A stretch of 32,000 nucleotides of DNA, from the NCBI RefSeq assembly GCF_001545095.1, contig NZ_CP013213.1, positions 1,110,001 to 1,142,000 of the forward strand. Direction: 5' to 3'. Source of the stretch: Erysipelothrix larvae (GTDB taxonomy: Bacteria > Bacillota_I > Bacilli_A > Erysipelotrichales > Erysipelotrichaceae). Position numbers and translations under genes: made by a program. The notes under the pieces were generated by a model. It saw only the letters and a list, made by a program, of their open reading frames with translations. It did no database searches and was not told where the DNA came from. Numbering within the stretch: the stretch's first letter is position 1; the number at the start of each line of letters is the position of its first letter. Below are positions 28,260 to 32,000 of this stretch, piece by piece.

Positions 28260-28293
28260 TAAAAGGCAGTTACACTTTTTGTATAACTGCCTC
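28260..28293 (-). terminator. rho-independent terminator after the surface-protein gene
   Basis: On the minus strand, AGGCAGTTA-tacaaaaagtg-TAACTGCCT (a perfect 9 bp) is followed by TTTTAAAATT, 12 nt after the TAG stop. Confidence 0.75.
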
Positions 28294-28304
28294 GATTTCA
28301 AAAT

Positions 28305-31300
28305 CTAACGTTTTTGTTTTCTTCGAATTGAACTGAACATCATGAGAAGTCCACCTATGACTACCATGAATGCAGATGTATTATCCGAAGCGATACCAGA
28401 ATTCTCAAGTTCTTTTGTTCCTTGATTATTCGATGTTGGGGTTTTAACTGTTGGATTTGGTTTTTGTTCCACTGGTATTACTGGAACTACAGGTTCAACT
28501 GGCTCAACAGGAACAACAGGATCAACAGGATCTACTGGTTCAACAGGATCAACTGGTTCTTCAGGTCTTACTGGTCCACTTGGTGGAACATTTACTGAAT
28601 AAACAAAGCGAACGATTTGTTCTACAGCACTAATTTGACCTTCTGATAGACCAACTACTTGTTTTAGTGTATATCCATTAAGCACGAGTGCTTGAGCAAT
28701 GTATGTTGTACCAATATCCCCTTCAAATATAATCGGATCATCGAGTTGATTTCCAGATTCATCTTCATAGTAGACAGTCACTTTTGCACCATTTTGTTTC
28801 CACGATGCAACGAGTGTCATTTCACCCATGTCTGTATCTGTAATTGCGGTGAATGCATCACCGAATTCGTTTGTCCAACCGAGGAATGTATAACCAGGTT
28901 TAGAAGCAGCTTCAAATGCGTCGACACCAACACCATATGTATATGATGCAGGATTGCTTGCATTGTTTGTACCACCATCTAATAAGTAGTTAATTGCATA
29001 GACTTCAGGTTCCCATGTTGCATACAAGGTGATTTCACCGGTATGTTCAGGATCAATGGATGTTACAACATTACCCTCTTCATCAACCCAATCAAGGAAT
29101 ATATGACCAAGTTTACTTGCAGGATAGAATAATGGAACACCAATTCCAAATGTATAACTATCAGGATTGTCTGGACTATTTGTTGCGCTGATCGCAAAGG
29201 CCATAAACATTCTGAATGGAGCTTGTGCATCTAGAATATAAGTAATACCATAAACATTTGGTGTCCATTGGGCGATTAAATGCTTGTCGCCAGTATCTGT
29301 AGTCGTGATTGCTGTTACAGGATTATTTTCTGTATCAACCCATCCTAAGAAAGTGTGACCAAATTTAGTTGGATTTGCAAAAGATGGTACCCCTACTCCA
29401 TAAATGTATGATGTAGGATTCGTAAGATCATTGATGCCGCCAACTAAGTCATAAGTAATGACATACTCATTTGCTACCCATGTGGCAACAAGTGTCTTAT
29501 TGCCTGTGTCGGATGATGAAATGGCTGTTATTGGATTGTTATCAAAATCAACCCAACCTGCAAAGGTGTAACCAAGTTTAGTTGCTGGATTAAATGATGC
29601 AACTCCGATGCCAAAGGTATATGTTGCAGGATTTGAAAGATCATTTGTACCACCATCAAGTACATAAGAGATTGTGTAATCTTGTACTTCCCAAGTAGCA
29701 CACAATACTTTATTGCCCGTTGCATTTGCTGAAATGGCAGTCACTGGATTGTGGTGTGAATCAACCCAACCCATGAATGTGTATCCAGTTTTAGTCGCAG
29801 GTTCAAAAGATTCAACACCTACACCATAGGTATACGTTGTAGGATTCAATGGACTGTTTGTACCGCCATCTAGTTGGTAAGTGATTGTATATTTATTAGC
29901 AGTCCATGTTGCGATGAGTTTCTTAGCTCCAATATCGGTAGTAGAGATTGATGTTACTGGATTGTTATCCAAATCAACCCAACCTGTAAAGGTATATCCA
30001 GTTCGTGTTGGATTCTTAAATGATGAAACGCCAACACCAAAGGTATATTTACTTGGATTTTGTGGATTGTTGGTACCACCATTAAGCTCATATTTAATTG
30101 AGTATTCTTGAGCTTTCCATATCGCTTTAAGGATCTTATTACCAGTTGAAGTTACCGAGATTGACGACACAACATTTCCATGAGCATCTTCCCAGCGAAC
30201 AAAGTTGTAACCAGTACGTGTTGCTGGTGCAAATGAAGGAACCCCTACGCCAAAAGTATAGGTTGCAGGATTACTTGGACTGTTTGTACCACCACCGAGT
30301 TGATAGGTAATCGTATATTTATTTGCAGTCCATGTTGCAATGAGTTTCTTACTTCCCATATCGGTTGTTGAGATTGATGTTATTGGATTATTGTGATCAT
30401 CAACCCAACCTGTAAAGGTGTAACCTACTTTTGTAGGATCCTTAAATGAAGGAACACCAACACCAAAGGTATACTTACTTGGATTTTGTGGATTGTTTGT
30501 ACCACCATTAAGCTCATACTTAATTGAGTATTCTTGAGCTTTCCATGTAGCAGTTAGTGTTTTGTTTCCAGTTGCTGTTTTAGATATTGATGTAACTGAA
30601 TGGTTGTCTTCATCAACCCAACCCGTAAAGGTATATCCAGTTCGTGTTGGATTCTTAAATGATGAAACGCCAACACCAAAGGTATACTTACTTGGATTTT
30701 GTGGATTGTTTGTACCACCATTGAGTACATAAGTGATTGTGTAATCTTGTACTTTCCATACAGCACAGAGCACTTTGTTACCTGTTGCAGTAGTTGAAAT
30801 TGAAGTTATCGCATTGTTGTGATCATCAACCCAACCCATAAATGTGTAACCAGTACGTGTTGCTGGTGCGAATGAAGGAACCCCTACGCCATAAATATAG
30901 GTTGCAGGATTACTTGGACTGTTTGTACCACCACCGAGTTGATAGGTAATCGTATATTTATTTGCAGTCCATGTTGCAATGAGCTTCTTACTTCCCATAT
31001 CGGTTGTTGAGATTGATGTTATTGAATTGTTATGATCATCAACCCAACCTGCAAAGGTGTAACCAGTACGTGTTGCTGGTGCAAATGAAGGAACACCAAC
31101 ACCATAAGTATAGGTTGTTGGATTACTAGGACTGTTTGTACCACCACCGAGTTGGTAGGTAATTGTATATTTATTTGCAGTCCATGTTGCAGTTAGTGTT
31201 TTGTTTCCAGTTGCTGTTTTAGATATTGATGTAACTGAATGGTTGTTTTCATCAACCCAACCTGTAAAGGTGAAACCTACTTTTGTTGGGTTTTTAAATG

Positions 31301-32000
31301 AAGAGACACCAACACCAAAGGTATACTTGCTTGGGTTTTGTGGATTGTTTGTACCACCATTGAGTACATAAGTGATTGTGTAGTCTTGTACTTTCCATAC
31401 AGCGCAGAGCACTTTGTTACCCGTTGCAGTAGTTGAAATTGAAGTTATCGCATTGTTATGATCATCAACCCAACCCATAAATACGTAACCAGTACGTGTT
31501 GCTGGTGCAAATGAAGGAACACCGACACCATAAGTATAGGTTGTTGGATTACTTGGACTGTTTGTACCACCACCGAGTTGGTAGGTAATTGTATATTTAT
31601 TTGCAGTCCATGTTGCAGTTAGTGTTTTGTTTCCAGTTGCTGTTTTAGATATTGATGTAACTGAATGGTTGTCTTCATCAACCCAACCTGTAAAGGTGTA
31701 ACCTACTTTTGTTGGGTCTTTAAATGAAGAGACACCAACACCAAAGGTATACTTGCTTGGGTTTTGTGGATTGTTTGTACCACCATTGAGTACATAAGTG
31801 ATTGTGTAATCTTGTACTTTCCATACAGCACAGAGCACTTTGTTACCCGTTGCAGTAGTTGAAATTGAAGTTATCGCATTGTTATGATCATCAACCCAAC
31901 CCATAAATGTGTAACCAGTACGTGTTGCTGGTGCGAATGAAGGAACACCAACACCATAAGCATAGGTTGCTGGATTACTTGGACTGTTTGTACCACCACC
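28305..32000 (-). CDS. very large cell-surface protein, 5'-truncated by the window edge: Listeria-Bacteroides (Flg_new-type) repeats, MucBP-like domain, Pro-rich linker, C-terminal TM anchor
   Basis: The frame stays open to position 32000; the M at 31904 in the track is internal. There are at least 14 complete units of about 71 aa, of the form YTITYxLxGGTNxxxNPxxYTxGVGVxSFxxPTxxGYTFxGWVDxxxNxxTSISxxxxGxKxLxAxW. These are followed by [41 protein letters not shown] (MucBP-like, 28596-28784), then a PVEPVDPV-rich linker (28416-28595), then LENSG, a hydrophobic helix and RRKQKR (28308-28415). Confidence 0.85.
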   Translation of the reverse strand, partial: GGGTNSPSNPATYAYGVGVPSFAPATRTGYTFMGWVDDHNNAITSISTTATGNKVLCAVWKVQDYTITYVLNGGTNNPQNPSKYTFGVGVSSFKDPTKVGYTFTGWVDEDNHSVTSISKTATGNKTLTATWTANKYTITYQLGGGTNSPSNPTTYTYGVGVPSFAPATRTGYVFMGWVDDHNNAITSISTTATGNKVLCAVWKVQDYTITYVLNGGTNNPQNPSKYTFGVGVSSFKNPTKVGFTFTGWVDENNHSVTSISKTATGNKTLTATWTANKYTITYQLGGGTNSPSNPTTYTYGVGVPSFAPATRTGYTFAGWVDDHNNSITSISTTDMGSKKLIATWTANKYTITYQLGGGTNSPSNPATYIYGVGVPSFAPATRTGYTFMGWVDDHNNAITSISTTATGNKVLCAVWKVQDYTITYVLNGGTNNPQNPSKYTFGVGVSSFKNPTRTGYTFTGWVDEDNHSVTSISKTATGNKTLTATWKAQEYSIKYELNGGTNNPQNPSKYTFGVGVPSFKDPTKVGYTFTGWVDDHNNPITSISTTDMGSKKLIATWTANKYTITYQLGGGTNSPSNPATYTFGVGVPSFAPATRTGYNFVRWEDAHGNVVSSISVTSTGNKILKAIWKAQEYSIKYELNGGTNNPQNPSKYTFGVGVSSFKNPTRTGYTFTGWVDLDNNPVTSISTTDIGAKKLIATWTANKYTITYQLDGGTNSPLNPTTYTYGVGVESFEPATKTGYTFMGWVDSHHNPVTAISANATGNKVLCATWEVQDYTISYVLDGGTNDLSNPATYTFGIGVASFNPATKLGYTFAGWVDFDNNPITAISSSDTGNKTLVATWVANEYVITYDLVGGINDLTNPTSYIYGVGVPSFANPTKFGHTFLGWVDTENNPVTAITTTDTGDKHLIAQWTPNVYGITYILDAQAPFRMFMAFAISATNSPDNPDSYTFGIGVPLFYPASKLGHIFLDWVDEEGNVVTSIDPEHTGEITLYATWEPEVYAINYLLDGGTNNASNPASYTYGVGVDAFEAASKPGYTFLGWTNEFGDAFTAITDTDMGEMTLVASWKQNGAKVTVYYEDESGNQLDDPIIFEGDIGTTYIAQALVLNGYTLKQVVGLSEGQISAVEQIVRFVYSVNVPPSGPVRPEEPVDPVEPVDPVDPVVPVEPVEPVVPVIPVEQKPNPTVKTPTSNNQGTKELENSGIASDNTSAFMVVIGGLLMMFSSIRRKQKR
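28785..32000 (-). repeat. in-frame coding tandem repeat array, 213-bp unit with 426-bp and 639-bp higher-order periodicity
   Basis: The string GAAATTGAAGTTATCGCATTGTT recurs at 31861, 31435 and 30796 (offsets 426 and 639 bp). About 140 nt compared by eye between the 31861 and 31435 copies differ at about 6 positions. Units nearer the C-terminus (below about 29900) are progressively more diverged. Confidence 0.9.

Noticed and set aside
768-30766. The remaining short ORFs in the track that lie inside or antisense to the annotated genes. Examples are 768..1028, 1467..1673, 2742..3071, 3909..4133, 7445..8004, 8402..8743, 13245..13499, 14855..15174, 15361..15696, 18164..18346, 19606..19993, 20624..20917, 24650..24969, 27254..27637, 28451..28946, 29528..30766.
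   Set aside because: All are nested in longer ORFs with clear family motifs. They lack SD sequences and have low-complexity or antisense-like composition.
28785-32000. Highly periodic repeats that could superficially suggest a CRISPR array or satellite.
   Set aside because: The units are 213 bp, contiguous without unique spacers, and maintain one long open reading frame encoding a recognisable protein repeat.
1-32000. A search for mobile elements, prophage remnants, defence islands, and tRNA or rRNA genes.
   Set aside because: I recognised no integrase, transposase, recombinase, phage structural protein, restriction enzyme or Cas-like protein. I saw no terminal inverted repeats flanking a block, and no cloverleaf-like or rRNA-like sequence in the intergenic regions.

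Overview
This is a 32-kb chromosomal segment from a low-GC Gram-positive bacterium (Bacillota). The gene content and a Listeria-Bacteroides-repeat adhesin suggest a gut Erysipelotrichia- or Bacilli-like organism, but the exact taxon cannot be determined from the sequence alone. The genetic code is standard: TGA is a real stop for folA, livH and the 4709 gene. Almost all genes are on the minus strand. From high to low coordinates the window contains: (1) a 5'-truncated giant tandem-repeat surface protein (28305..>32000), followed by its own terminator and an Mga-like regulator; (2) thrS behind a Thr T-box leader; (3) a divergent tetR/oleate hydratase pair with TGACA/TGTCA palindromes in the intergenic region; (4) a livJHMGF-type branched-chain amino acid ABC operon; (5) a small accessory-looking patch with a DUF695/RraB-like gene and a small membrane-protein gene interrupted by an in-frame TGA; (6) pncB plus a GNAT gene, the only plus-strand block; (7) an M16 peptidase pair; (8) a long, tightly overlapping housekeeping string: OB-fold gene, thyA, folA, pdp, scpA, scpB, rluB, rsmE, orphan ORF, murE, deoC; (9) a GNAT / P-loop ATPase / histidine phosphatase / small membrane protein unit. 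I found no rRNA, tRNA, CRISPR array, transposase, integrase or recognisable defence genes. The parts most worth follow-up are the adhesin locus, which has a non-LPXTG C-terminal signal and near-identical higher-order repeats, the unrecognisable ORF translationally coupled between rsmE and murE, the TGA-interrupted small membrane-protein gene, and the OB-fold gene that lacks an ATG start. Nothing here clearly amounts to a new multi-gene system. All family assignments come from motif recognition by eye and need HMM or BLAST confirmation.
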